From a virus, in IMG/VR virus record IMGVR_UViG_3300027754_000060, positions 33,086 to 97,085 of that record: 64,000 nucleotides of DNA. One strand, 5' to 3'. The notes under the pieces were generated by a model. It saw only the letters and a list, made by a program, of their open reading frames with translations. It was not told the origin of the DNA and did no database searches. The translations under genes and the position numbers were made by a program. Positions 10,401-21,600 of this stretch are shown piece by piece. How positions within the stretch are numbered: the stretch's first letter is position 1; the number at the start of each line of letters is the position of its first letter.

Positions 10401-13400
10401 TACGAAAATTCTCCCAAAGATGGCAGGATTCCTTTTTTCAACCTTATAAACTTATATTTATTGTGCTCAAGTATTGGAGTATTAGCATATTTAAATATAG
10501 AAGCCTCTAACTTATACCAAAAACACCCATCTTTACTAGCATTTATTAATATTTTTTCTGGCGACCCAAAAGGATAAGAGTTATAATTTGGGGAATAGAT
10601 ATTTCTTACTGTTGCATCCAAAGCTCTCCCATAAGCCATGTCTTTAAACATGTTAAATAAAGCCTGATATCCAGCATAATATCCTGCTGTTGGTCCCGTC
10701 ATAGCTCCTACAAACGTTCCTGTCATAGCTCCGCCTAGTACTCCGAGTAAAATTTGTTGCATCGCTTCGGATGGAAATCTTACCGGTCCTAAAAAAGAAC
10801 CTTTTCCAACAAGTGACGGATTAGCAGATTCGCATGAGCCAGCGTCGTTCATAAATATATTTGGGGCATTTAAATTAACCAGAGGCAATAGATGTTTTTT
10901 ATCTGACATATTGGCTATGAAATTATATCCGGGGTATTGTGGATCTTTACCATACTCAATTAATGATAAGGCGTCAGCGTTTCCATATGTTGATAATCCA
11001 CCACCCATAGAAGGCGTAGGCTTCCTTGTTTTTCCAGTGTGCAATACTAGCTCCCAGCTGCATAATGATCCGTATATATCGGAAGATTTAGGTTTTTTTT
11101 CTATGTTGTCAAAATTAGTGTACGAATCATTCGAAGCAATCATGTCATAAGCAATCATATCATCTGGCTCATCTAGCACAGCTATGTTTAGGATAAAGGT
11201 TGTAGAAGAATCAAAGGCTGTTTGTTGTTGTTTTGATGAGCAGCCATCTGGTCCGCATCCATTACTTCTTGTAGCAGAAGAGAATAATTGTTTGTTTTTT
11301 AGTTTACTAAATTTATTATTTGTTATATTAAATCTATTAGTGTTAATAATCCTATTTATTAAAGAATGATCCCTTGTAGAATATCCAAAAGTAGCAGTGG
11401 TTGGAGAGACCTCTCCGTTATTTTTTATGATATTCTGTTCACTATTCGCCCCCATTGGATTCGCAGTACTTTGATCATATAAACAGTTGTGGCTTGAAGC
11501 ATGATCAGAGAACTTAATACTAAAATTATATTCCTTATTCTGTATTTGCTCTTGGTTCAATAAGTATATTTTAAAGTTTGAGGCTGGACCATCAGATGAG
11601 TTCATATCTGTTAAAGATTTTAGATATGATCCAACAAATTTATTTTTAATACCCTCTGGGATAAGATTTGATCCTGTTTCCGTTGGCCATTTATATCCAG
11701 TAGCATGGACTTGAGGAGGAAAGCTTTGATCTATAAATTCAACGTTTCCAGACACAACATCTGGATTGGGTGGATTGTAAGGGCCAGCATTTCCGCATGG
11801 GGCAGGAGGAAGAGGAAGCTGCCTATCTATCTCTGATAAGGATGGCTCTACTTCTAACCATATAACTAAATTTTTAGTATTAACATAATTTAAAAAGTTT
11901 AATTTTACCTCTATATCCTCTATGGTAAAACTGTTAACTCTAGGATTCCTTAATCCTAATGCTGGTGGAGCCCTACCATTATGAGGTATTCTTCTTGATG
12001 GTCCAGAAACAGCAAAACTATATGAGAATTGATTATTATTTTTACCAAGTTTTGAATAACCTTTATATGCCCGGGTATTCTTACCGCCAAGTGCTCCAAG
12101 AGTAGAGCTAAAAACAAATTCATCATTTACAGGATCAGACCCAGAAGCATTTAATTCAGAGGATCTTGGATTTCCTCCACCCAGAATCCTATATCCATGA
12201 GCATATCTAGCGCTGATCAGTTGATCCAAATACTCTTTATGTAGCTGATTTTTTTGATTCATAGCGCCGAATTCTGCTTGAAATTGTTCTGCTGTTTGGT
12301 TTTCTGTAATTCCCGTTGTGTCTTTCTGGTCTGCGGGAGGACACTTACACAAAGGTGCCCACCTAACATGTGGGGCTATATCTATCTTAATGGCGCTCCT
12401 ATAAATATTTGGCTCTATACCATTATTGTATCCATTTTTAAGACCAAACAATCCTGGACCAGTAAAGCTAAATGTATCTCTTGCTCCTGGATTAAATTTT
12501 AATACGCTACTACTATTTTTAGTTCCACTAGCTACTCCAATAGCAGTATATCCTGTTCCATCATAAGGCAACCACCCCGATCCAGGATGAAAGACCCCTT
12601 TGGAAAACTCAATATGTGCCGATGAAGGAGACAGACTTTTTTGATAACATAGTTTTAAACTTTTTTCTGATTCTAACATATTGGGGATATTGTTCTTATC
12701 ATTTAATGGGAATCCTGTTATTGATGGTAAATATATCGGAGACACTGATACACCACTTGGAATACCTTGTGGAAGATCTAATGGATTATTTGGCGGTGGG
12801 ATTTTATGATCTGGAATATCTATGCCTATATCTTCTTTAATAATTTTACTACTATATCCACCATAACTAGCTATCTTTGGAGATAGGTTGGTGCTTATTA
12901 AAGGATAAACATATGTCTGTGGCTCTTCTGGCACGAACATCTTTTTTTCATTGCTATAAGAATATTTTTGAAGATTGAAAGAGTCGGGATGTTTTTGAGT
13001 TCTACGATACTTCACAACAGTGTTTGTGATGCCATTGTCAAAATCTGTAGATGGCTGTCCTTCAAATTTTGGTTCGCACATACTCAAACACTGATAACAA
13101 TCTCCAGAATTATTTCGTAAATTTTCTAGAGAGACTCTCTCCAGTTTAACAACCGTATTATTTAGAGCATAGTTTATCTGAAGATTAGAGTCTTTTTCAT
13201 TTGGAACAAACAAGATATTTGATAATGAACTATCAAAAAAATTAAATTTATAGTTGTGAGATTCTAAAGAATCAATTATTGTGTCTCTTTCTACCTTAAA
13301 ATCAGTTTTAATAGGCCAGAACATTCCATGCCTATTAATAGCTATTTTATTCATGTTGCAGACTAACACTCTTAGATTATCCCTATTGGGTAAGACGGAT

Positions 13401-15607
13401 GGGGATTCCTTAAGAGCGAGATTATTTAGATCTATAGGGTCTGGAAATTTCCAAAGATTAATATCTTCATTACCGTTGTAGATGGCTACTCCGTATGGTA
13501 ATAGGCCGCTATTAGGATCGTCCCTGTATCTTCCAAAATATATATTATTTATAGGAGGACTATTATCTTTGTAAGGCACCTGTCTACCATCTACTACATA
13601 AAAAGTTTTTTGTTTAATAAAAGTTCCAAATGGCGTCAATACTGTACACTGTATCATTTGTCTGCCAGTCGCTCCTATACCAAAAGTAACATTTTGACTG
13701 GTGGAAGTGTCGAATCTGGATAAATCTTTTGTTTGTTTGTTTTCATCTGAAAAAAATCCTCTTGGTCCGCTGACCTGTTCCCAAAAACAAGATATTTGAC
13801 TTTTAGCTTCGTTCAGAGATGGAGCAAAGGGACTGTCAATTCTAGAATCTAAACAATCGTCAATATTTAACAGAACTTTAAATTTGATACCTCCGTCGCC
13901 CCCTGTGCCATCCCATCTAAAAATATGAGTTAGTGGAGAATTTTTAAGCTTTTCAGGAGTAGAATCATCTGCCTCTCCTATCATATTACCCTTCTTAACG
14001 TTCGTAACTTCTTCCATCACAATGTTTAATTCTAAATTATTCTTTATTTTTGTTTTTACTAAATCTCTGAGATAAACAGTATTTTTAGTTTCCCCCGCCA
14101 CTGCAAGTTTTATTTCACTAGATTGATCATTTAGAATAGTTTTAATCGCAAGCTTGCCTATGGTTATCTCCTGATTATTAAAAACGGTAGTATCTTTTAA
14201 AGTCTTCTTACATAGTGTTGATCCTATCTGACTAATAACTATACTATCTCCATGGATTAATTTGTTCTTATAGCTAAGGTTGTCTTTTATGACTAATTTT
14301 GCTCCATATTTTTCTATGAGCTTTTTAAATAAAGAGGATGATGTAGTAATAAGATTATTATTAAGAGTTGTTGTGGATAATCTAGTATCTAAATCAAAAC
14401 TAGTTATCGGTGCTTGCTGAATATTTTCAATCTTATTTTGTAAAAGACTGCTAATTTTAATTAATACGTCTCTTAAATTAATCAATTCTGTCGCTACAGA
14501 GTTTGACTGATTATTTAGATAATCTTTAATAAGTTCTTTTATTTCCATAGAGTCCAATGAATTAATGGCGAATTCTGAAATCCAAGGACTCGTACTTAGG
14601 TAATGTGATAATTTTTTAAATAGTCTAGATCTTTTAATATCTCTAATACCGAATGTCTTTTTTTCATCAAGAGTTAATATATGATAAATTTGAGTATATG
14701 TGTTATGCAGAGAGGCGGAGATATATGATGATGAGGGCTTATCCGAAGTAGATCCTATATTTAGTTCAGATAGTGTTTTATAGTATGAAAAACAATCTCC
14801 GTTCGCTATCCACAGTTCGCATCTACCTATATCGGGTATGAACTCTTTGAGTCTATCTTCTTCGACAGAGGAATTATCTGTTCTGTTTTCTGTAGTAACT
14901 ATTGGGGATAAAATAAATTTAATATTTGTTGCTGCTCCACCAAAAGATGAAATGGTTATAAAAGGATTTTCCTCAGAAAATTTTATCTTCTGAGTAGTGT
15001 CTGAGCTTGTTGAAAAAGTTGTTTCTTTTATCTTTGTTGAATATAATAAGTCGTCACTTAATTTAATATAAACATCTGTGGGGCTACCACCCACCCTAGA
15101 AATCCTGGAACCAATAGGAAAATTAGAGATACTATCAGGGTCCCCTTTTATTAACTGGGAGTTATCAGACTGTAAAACTCTAACCCAACACATAATCCCA
15201 TAAGTTAAAACATAAGGATTAGAAGATCTATTTAATATCCAATCTATTGACATTTTGCTATCACCAGCATTCCAATTATTAAATTCTGGCTTAAATTCTA
15301 TAAAATCTTCTATTCCTAGTCTTCCACTACTAGTTTTTCCTGTTTGACCAGAAATGCCCCCGTCATTGGACAGTACTTTATTAACGATATTGTTATCATT
15401 GTCTATAAATATGGGATACCAAATATTGGGAGGCATAGGATTAGCTGGAAGCATAAGAGATTTTAGAATAGATTTCTTATCGCTTATTGTATTAGAAACT
15501 CCATTTGAAAACTGAATATTTTGATCCATCAACTTATAGGATAATAGATCATCAGCAAAAGATTTGTTAAAAATCTCGCAATTGTCTTTGGTATTATATA
15601 TTGTCAT
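7451..15607 (-). CDS. Very large tail-tip/baseplate structural protein (2718 aa)
   Basis: Position distal to the TMP; PKD-like 'WEQVSGP'; split P-domain-like motifs 'IEDIEVKLNF..V..KNLVIWL' and 'GSLCSWELVL'; one glycine-zipper hydrophobic helix. Confidence 0.6.
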   Translation of the reverse strand: MTIYNTKDNCEIFNKSFADDLLSYKLMDQNIQFSNGVSNTISDKKSILKSLMLPANPMPPNIWYPIFIDNDNNIVNKVLSNDGGISGQTGKTSSGRLGIEDFIEFKPEFNNWNAGDSKMSIDWILNRSSNPYVLTYGIMCWVRVLQSDNSQLIKGDPDSISNFPIGSRISRVGGSPTDVYIKLSDDLLYSTKIKETTFSTSSDTTQKIKFSEENPFITISSFGGAATNIKFILSPIVTTENRTDNSSVEEDRLKEFIPDIGRCELWIANGDCFSYYKTLSELNIGSTSDKPSSSYISASLHNTYTQIYHILTLDEKKTFGIRDIKRSRLFKKLSHYLSTSPWISEFAINSLDSMEIKELIKDYLNNQSNSVATELINLRDVLIKISSLLQNKIENIQQAPITSFDLDTRLSTTTLNNNLITTSSSLFKKLIEKYGAKLVIKDNLSYKNKLIHGDSIVISQIGSTLCKKTLKDTTVFNNQEITIGKLAIKTILNDQSSEIKLAVAGETKNTVYLRDLVKTKIKNNLELNIVMEEVTNVKKGNMIGEADDSTPEKLKNSPLTHIFRWDGTGGDGGIKFKVLLNIDDCLDSRIDSPFAPSLNEAKSQISCFWEQVSGPRGFFSDENKQTKDLSRFDTSTSQNVTFGIGATGRQMIQCTVLTPFGTFIKQKTFYVVDGRQVPYKDNSPPINNIYFGRYRDDPNSGLLPYGVAIYNGNEDINLWKFPDPIDLNNLALKESPSVLPNRDNLRVLVCNMNKIAINRHGMFWPIKTDFKVERDTIIDSLESHNYKFNFFDSSLSNILFVPNEKDSNLQINYALNNTVVKLERVSLENLRNNSGDCYQCLSMCEPKFEGQPSTDFDNGITNTVVKYRRTQKHPDSFNLQKYSYSNEKKMFVPEEPQTYVYPLISTNLSPKIASYGGYSSKIIKEDIGIDIPDHKIPPPNNPLDLPQGIPSGVSVSPIYLPSITGFPLNDKNNIPNMLESEKSLKLCYQKSLSPSSAHIEFSKGVFHPGSGWLPYDGTGYTAIGVASGTKNSSSVLKFNPGARDTFSFTGPGLFGLKNGYNNGIEPNIYRSAIKIDIAPHVRWAPLCKCPPADQKDTTGITENQTAEQFQAEFGAMNQKNQLHKEYLDQLISARYAHGYRILGGGNPRSSELNASGSDPVNDEFVFSSTLGALGGKNTRAYKGYSKLGKNNNQFSYSFAVSGPSRRIPHNGRAPPALGLRNPRVNSFTIEDIEVKLNFLNYVNTKNLVIWLEVEPSLSEIDRQLPLPPAPCGNAGPYNPPNPDVVSGNVEFIDQSFPPQVHATGYKWPTETGSNLIPEGIKNKFVGSYLKSLTDMNSSDGPASNFKIYLLNQEQIQNKEYNFSIKFSDHASSHNCLYDQSTANPMGANSEQNIIKNNGEVSPTTATFGYSTRDHSLINRIINTNRFNITNNKFSKLKNKQLFSSATRSNGCGPDGCSSKQQQTAFDSSTTFILNIAVLDEPDDMIAYDMIASNDSYTNFDNIEKKPKSSDIYGSLCSWELVLHTGKTRKPTPSMGGGLSTYGNADALSLIEYGKDPQYPGYNFIANMSDKKHLLPLVNLNAPNIFMNDAGSCESANPSLVGKGSFLGPVRFPSEAMQQILLGVLGGAMTGTFVGAMTGPTAGYYAGYQALFNMFKDMAYGRALDATVRNIYSPNYNSYPFGSPEKILINASKDGCFWYKLEASIFKYANTPILEHNKYKFIRLKKGILPSLGEFSYSVVESMEDLIDPIFIKKLSIIDCKSFSPNSGSFSTVSDVSYEEGDIVDVSFVEPCDPDADDSPSPGLYVIKDDSLVNLSDDPSALLSANKFLQYNHISNYKKSIFDSSFLTKLRNKQIVLLETNIPYNIFGVSADEATASSDSMYGSSNPNAQSSDTPVVSNFGIRVYSNGETDDSKTIDTKILNKASIVKDGKYYTLLEIPIDMSKNDTLCGFGETLLVFKNQKTSTTNSPISLWGLDKNQSRPLTPESSFSLSGLGSYGDGSPTVNKNILTCQLQHNNLKNIYQIFNNIENDKIKYNQVTLFYSTDGTQKTIKVVKDEKIAGYAYSSEEYKRLLLRDNFQIVSGYGWPTAPEKTKNSDIASPNTKTPLVDELQATLEEISRAILNSPSHKYDIMYLKSSSFKSISQDFGELIIEDDYIQKFPIQRLTPEQISGLSARLQKMESAEDVTNLDNSVGKTDAASTTLIINSSNIRYLQEHYASLPDDAGSCYGKGSDINQCNKKRTYRSLQDKYLERNEILKVLEDQAIPFAKVFYTQSPPPDSEKVAASISSPDSKFGKILAETDGHIIIGDESPTRNEADRLLPLEHGTKILKDSNNKDLGIIRSFIQDKESAIIRDTKLLQHINIDLKTDSAGAYQITYKDVSNDYYWINIDPKQSCSIAEEMRPRVLVKTEYACSLINTLKGTAVFLGNSNICPVSAGVGEGIKSGGIEDFYSGGDVFIYKIPDEKIKQDKEKIVDLYKLPGAPNWELTTIERSFSYNSDTDGILPGSEILVRAKETYEILLAPHERINDEKDLAKRLNQGIIKNDFSADVAYVPGIGPTNDIQCVTSPSDGGLGLQDSEGSRVSAVARVYNIFNLDDTANLRVQFRKIPRQVRGIDLLTSVFRYGKHSTYQQISSANPPSPEELTSGYLLINNFYAWQCLQKNAAKALEQAPITDFLQLQNEMMFRAFYGSVDGIENKSENMRSLFPWELIPYEYFTK

Positions 15608-15609
15608 GC

Positions 15610-18600
15610 TTAATTCTTAATTGATGTGAGAGTCCATTTTCCATTTATGTATACAAACATTCCATTTTTTCCACTAGTTGTCTGAAACTCCATCGGATTA
15701 TCAAAAGGCACTACAAAACTAGGAACTATTCCAGCTCGTCTTCCTTGGATATAATGTTGTTCTATTTTTACATTAGTATTATTTACTATCTTACCCTTAG
15801 CCATAGTTACTGGCTTACTAATCGGCTCATAGAATCCAGAGTCTATACTATATTTACACAATAATTTAGTTCCTCTTGGGGCAGAATATCCCGCTTTATC
15901 TACAACATATACTAATCTTCTATATCCTCTTGTCAAAGGCTCCTTACTATATTCTATATCATCTATGAATCCTCGGGTAGCATATGTTTCATCTGAATCA
16001 TCTTCCTTAATAAGATCTTCTTCTAATGTTATATTAACCATCTTATATGGACAAGTATTACTCTCTTTAGATGATAAAAATTCATTTAAAGTAGAAATAT
16101 CTGTACTATTGGTTATTATAGATGGGGGCAATAATTCTTCTGTGCAGCCACCACCACCAGCTGCCCAAAGTTTTCTACTATCATCCCATCTAAGATCTAT
16201 TGGTCCAACAGGCCATAATTCTGGATGCTCCGCCCAATTAAGATGAAAGTATTTACTCGGTTTAGCTTTGATTTTTTTATATTTTACAGCGGCCGCATCC
16301 CATTCATAGTTTCTTCCAACAACATCTCCCAATAGTTGCCCCTCACTATTAATAAAAACTCCTTGTTGTTTATAATCATTTAATCCTCCACTAGTCAATA
16401 TAAATCTTCTAAATCTTCCATACTCATCCATATCTTTGGGTTCATCATTAAGATTTGGTACTGGATAACCAGCAGTATCATATCCCCAACTATGAAGCAT
16501 TAGTGGTCCTCTTAGTCCAAAAAATCTTTGATTCTGAAGAGTTTTTGCTCCTCCTCCCATCTGATTGAAAATATCATGCTCATAATAGTCTGATGAAACT
16601 CCAGTACTAGATATGTGTCCACTTAGATCTACTAGTTTTTCGCCGTATAAATTATTACTAATACCAAGAGTTAATTCTCCATCTATTGGCATTTCGCCTC
16701 TTCCGACAATAGATATACTGTGTCTACATTTATCCAATCCTAATCCTGAAGCACCAGTAACAGTTTGAGCATTTGGATTCCTAAATTCTCCATAAGGAAC
16801 AACAATAGGATTATAAGCATAAATATTTATTTCTGGCTTGGTATCCTTTAAGGCTATAGCTATTTGTTGTGCAACCGTCTTATTTTTCATCGAGTCTAAT
16901 ATCTTTGCGTTTTTTACCACCAGTTTAGATCTAGAGCATACTGGACACGGATACGAAATTTGCTGTGAAACACGAGGCACAGCTGTAGATTTATAGTCTA
17001 TAAAGCTGATTGGCAAATTTCCTGCTCCGTGGCACCTTGGACATACTACTGCTCCTACTGGAACCCCGGTAATATGAGAGCTAATAGAATAAGTACCAAC
17101 ATATTGAGTTGGGTAAAAAGAAAGAGGAGAGAAAATTCCATCCAAACTCATGACTGATTTAGACTCATAACCATTTATTAATTCTGCTCCTACTTCATCT
17201 CCCATATACAAACCAGTCCAAGTTCTAGTTCTTCCTAGCTTATATAAACCAGAAGGACTATTATCTGGTATCGCCGCTCCAATATCGCTCCCAGCAGTAT
17301 TCCCTAAACTAGGATACGGAATATGAAGTGTAGTTCTCCCTATTAGCGTTTCAACAGGACTGCTTCCATATAGCTTACTACCATATCCACTCATGGAGTC
17401 ACTATTACTATCTGACATTTTTTGTAATATTTTTTGACCATCTACTAAAAAATCATTTCCTATTTTTGATCTATTGCTGCTCATTGTTTTACGATCTTTG
17501 ATTATTTCAGCAGTTCTTTTTTTTACTAAGTCCGCATACTCCTTGCTGTATAGTCCTGTTTTTTTGTCATAAGTCTTAAAGCTATAATTGGTGGTGCTTG
17601 ATCCACCTCCTCCTAAACTCATGCTAATACTACTGATTATTGGAGCTGTTGCAAGATAATTATTTGGATTATATACCATAACAGTAGGATAGTTCAAAGG
17701 CGTTGCTATATAAGCATTGTTTATAATTTTTGCATCTATATAACCAATAATGTTTGTAAATTTGGTATATACTTCATTACCATATTTTAGAGAGTTTGCT
17801 GGTAGAGCCTGCGTGAACAATGGTTCAAATCGGCCTCCAAGATTAAATATTGGAGCTCCCTCTACTGTCATGGATCCTTTCTCCATAACAAACTGATAAT
17901 TCGCTTCCCTTTCCATGTCGCTAATGACTTTAGCATCTAGGAAACTCATTCCTCCATAATTCCAAGGAACTAGATCATCGAGGATGTCTATTTTTGTATT
18001 GGCGATCATATTTTCTATAGCAGTATTAGGATTAGCAGCATTGGGATATACAAGGTCTGCCCTGACAGAAGGATAGTTTGTCCATGGTCCATAACAGTAC
18101 TGGTTAGATATTAATGGAACAGCAGCAAATAAAGGATGGGCCATTTTTGGTAGCATGGTAGCAAATTTATATGACTGATTAGCAGGAGATCCTTGATACC
18201 CAATTTGACCAAGATCTACTTTTATTTGATTTGCAAAAGTACCTCCATATGTAAGACCTGTAAAAGTACTAAGAAATTGGAGTGACGCAAGTTCATCTAC
18301 AGTGACTGATCTACCAGATAGCTTAAGCATATGATCATAATAAATAAGATCTTCCATAGCTATATTAGATATTATTGTTAGGTTCGGATCATGAGTATAA
18401 GCATAACTAGTATTCTCCAAAGGTATGGACAATCCAGCAATTATTGCTCGTGGATCACTAAGATTATGAGGATTTAGATAAGCTATCTCTGAAGTATTTA
18501 CTGTTGTCGCAGAGTACAACTTTTTTGATCCTGCCAAAATAATGTTTCCAAAAGCATCTGATCGACCATGTGTTGCAACCATAACAAATGAAGAATTAGT

Positions 18601-21600
18601 TCCTAGTTTTGTTATATCTAAAGACTGAGTTAGAAATTGCGAAGATCCTATAGCGGTATATTGTTGTTTTTTCTTGCCTGCTGCGTGATAAGTTCTTGTT
18701 ATAGATGGATCGCATCCCATGTATCCGCCAATAATTTTATTTTGTTCTTTTATCTTTTTCGCCTGTGCAGCAACAGCAGGAGCATTTCCCTGAACAACTA
18801 GCATAGCTGCCTCTATTTTCTGTTGCCAGGCTTGATACTCCCCGAGGAGGCCAGGATTGGCGAATAAATCAGCATCTGGTTCCTCGTTAGCAATTGTATC
18901 AACTCTCAGTTGGTCCATAGCTATTTGCAGAGTTAGTTTGTCTAATACTGCTTGATGTTCTGCTAATATTTTTTGTTGAGCAGCTAAGTCTTTCATGCAC
19001 CATGATTGTTTTAGATAGTCAATATTGTCGGTAGCATTATATCCAATGATAGGTGGAATAAGACCGTTGTCTTCGCACAAAGTATAATAGTTTTCGTCTC
19101 CAATAATAATACAATCGTCTAAATAATTACCTACCTCTTCCCAAGCTTTATCTGCAATTTTATAATTTTGATTAATCTTCCTATTTCCCTTAAATACTGG
19201 TAAAGATCTTCCTCCTACTACAATATCTAGTTGGGCATATGACGAATCCTGAGAAGAAGATAGATCCAGAAGCTTAACCATATATTGCTTCCCATAATAC
19301 TTGTTACCTATATCTCTAACAAATTCAGCTAGAGTTTTAAGATCTTTTATAAAGTTATGATTCAAGTATATATTAAAATTTTGAAGATCCGATTTTGTAA
19401 CTACTGGAGCTGCAGGAGCAGCTGGAGCGGGCATCCCTGGTTCATTCACTGCCGAGTTAAGAAGCGAAGTCCCCAGGCCAGGGCCTTGACCTATCGTTAC
19501 GATAGCATCCGCTCCACCACCTGATGGTGGAGGAGCAGTACCAAAAAAGAGACCCCTTGACATATAGTGACCTACTAATAAGTTATATAAATCAGGCTTG
19601 GTATCTTTTGATTTTCCTAAACAGTAAGTAATATAGGCATCCGTATCTTTCATGGCGCATCTAAGTTCTGTCTCCCTTATCATAAATCCTATGGGTGAAG
19701 GATTAGGAGTATATTGAGCAGCTAAAGACCCGCTGGGATTTGGTGTTGGTGGTGGTGTTGTTGGTGGTGGTGTTGTTGGTGGTGGTGATGGCGGTGTTAC
19801 TCCTTGAGGAGCAGGGGATGCTGGAGCAGTCGCTGATCCTCCAGTTCCTCCAATAGGAGTGGAACCAGCCGTACCTGCTCCTCCAGCTGCTCCTGCAGCT
19901 CCAGGAAGATTAGCTATCTGCTGAGTAGATCCCACATATGCTGGCATTGGTAATAATCCCAAATTTAATAAAGGTATTTCGCTTACGTAAAAAGCTATTG
20001 CCAACTGACCATCCCAAGTGTCTTGATATACTGGTCTAATATGTCTAGATATGTTATTGTCTTTGCTAAGATCAATAATATTATCTCCGTGATATCCAAA
20101 AAATGGAGATATCGTGTCATAATATAACGGATTATATCTTGGGGGCACACATCCAGGAGGCAGAATAGTTTCTTGAGAGGGGTCTGCACTAGAAGAAGAA
20201 GGTTGTGTAGTCGTTGCCGTATCCGGGTCTTGTAATAGCTGAAATTTATTCAAGCACGTATATTTCGCAGGTATTCCAAAAGAATATGGATAATTCCCCA
20301 TTATAATATTTTCTGGATTAGGAGCTATTTCATGATCTTTCCATCTGTTGTCTAAAGAATAAAATTTGTTTCCAGTCATCAACTCTCTCATTGCTTCATC
20401 AGTATCGAATAAAGAATGAATATCAGCTCCCAAAACAGCGGAAGATAAACTTGTATTTCTAGTGCTAAAATAAGATGGGACTCTTAATTTTCCTCTTCCA
20501 TTAGCGCCGCCAAATCTATTCAGATTTACAAACTTATCTATTGATGGATGATATATATAATTAGTCTGGTTGTATGCTAATCTATAATTTTTTGCTTGTA
20601 ATAATCTTTGTTGTGGTCCTCCCACTTTCATTATTCTTGGAGCAACATTATTATTTTTTTCTTTTCCATAAGTTGTTGAAGATATTGAGAAGCCAGATTT
20701 TTCTAAAGAAAGAATAGTCTTCTCTACTGTAGAATCATGGGTTTCCATTGTTCTTTCGATAGTTTTTATTTTAATGATATTATGCACATTACCGTTTACA
20801 GCAAAAGATAGAGCTGCTGTGGTTCTGTCTGATCCATTTGCTTCTATTATATTGTCGATAAATTGGGAGATAGTCATCTTGTCTTCTGACATTCTGTGAG
20901 TCAGAGGAGGTCTTTTAATAGCCGATAAATCAAGACCAAATACACATCGTGGTATTGGGGTCACACTATCGCTTATTACCAAAGCTGTATTGGTTGTTGG
21001 AGGAATAACTCCAAAAGCATAAGTTTTAAAGTTCGGAGTAATCCTGATAGAGTTTGTGGTCTCCATAGTTTTAGACATAATTCTACCAAATGGAGAAAAG
21101 GCTGTTTTATTTAAATTCTTTAAAACGCTAGCATCTTCGCAACAGGTCAAGACAGCAAGAGCATCTAGAGCATAGGCAGAAGGAATTCCGTCCTCCGTTT
21201 TTTTTGCTCCACCAAAATTATTCATACCCATTGATTCTAAAAATCCGTAAACATTAAAAACATTAGGAATAGCTCCCTCTTTAATATTTCCCACATATTC
21301 AACTCCTGGCCCGACATAATTCTTAGGTCCCCCATAAGGTTTTCCTGCAATTTTTGAAAAAATAGACCCGGGATATTTATTAAGAATAACATAAGATTCA
21401 TTAAGCAGTGTCTCTACACTACTTATTTGAACACTATACGATACAGTACCAACCCTATTGTGTCTTTCCCAAGATTCTATCAATCCAGTAAATGTAAAAT
21501 CAGCCATCTTAAATACTACGGGAGTTCCGATTATATTATACTTATATATTCTCTTTTCATTTAGAGTTCCATCTGGAGCTACTCTGGTAGAAACCCCAAA

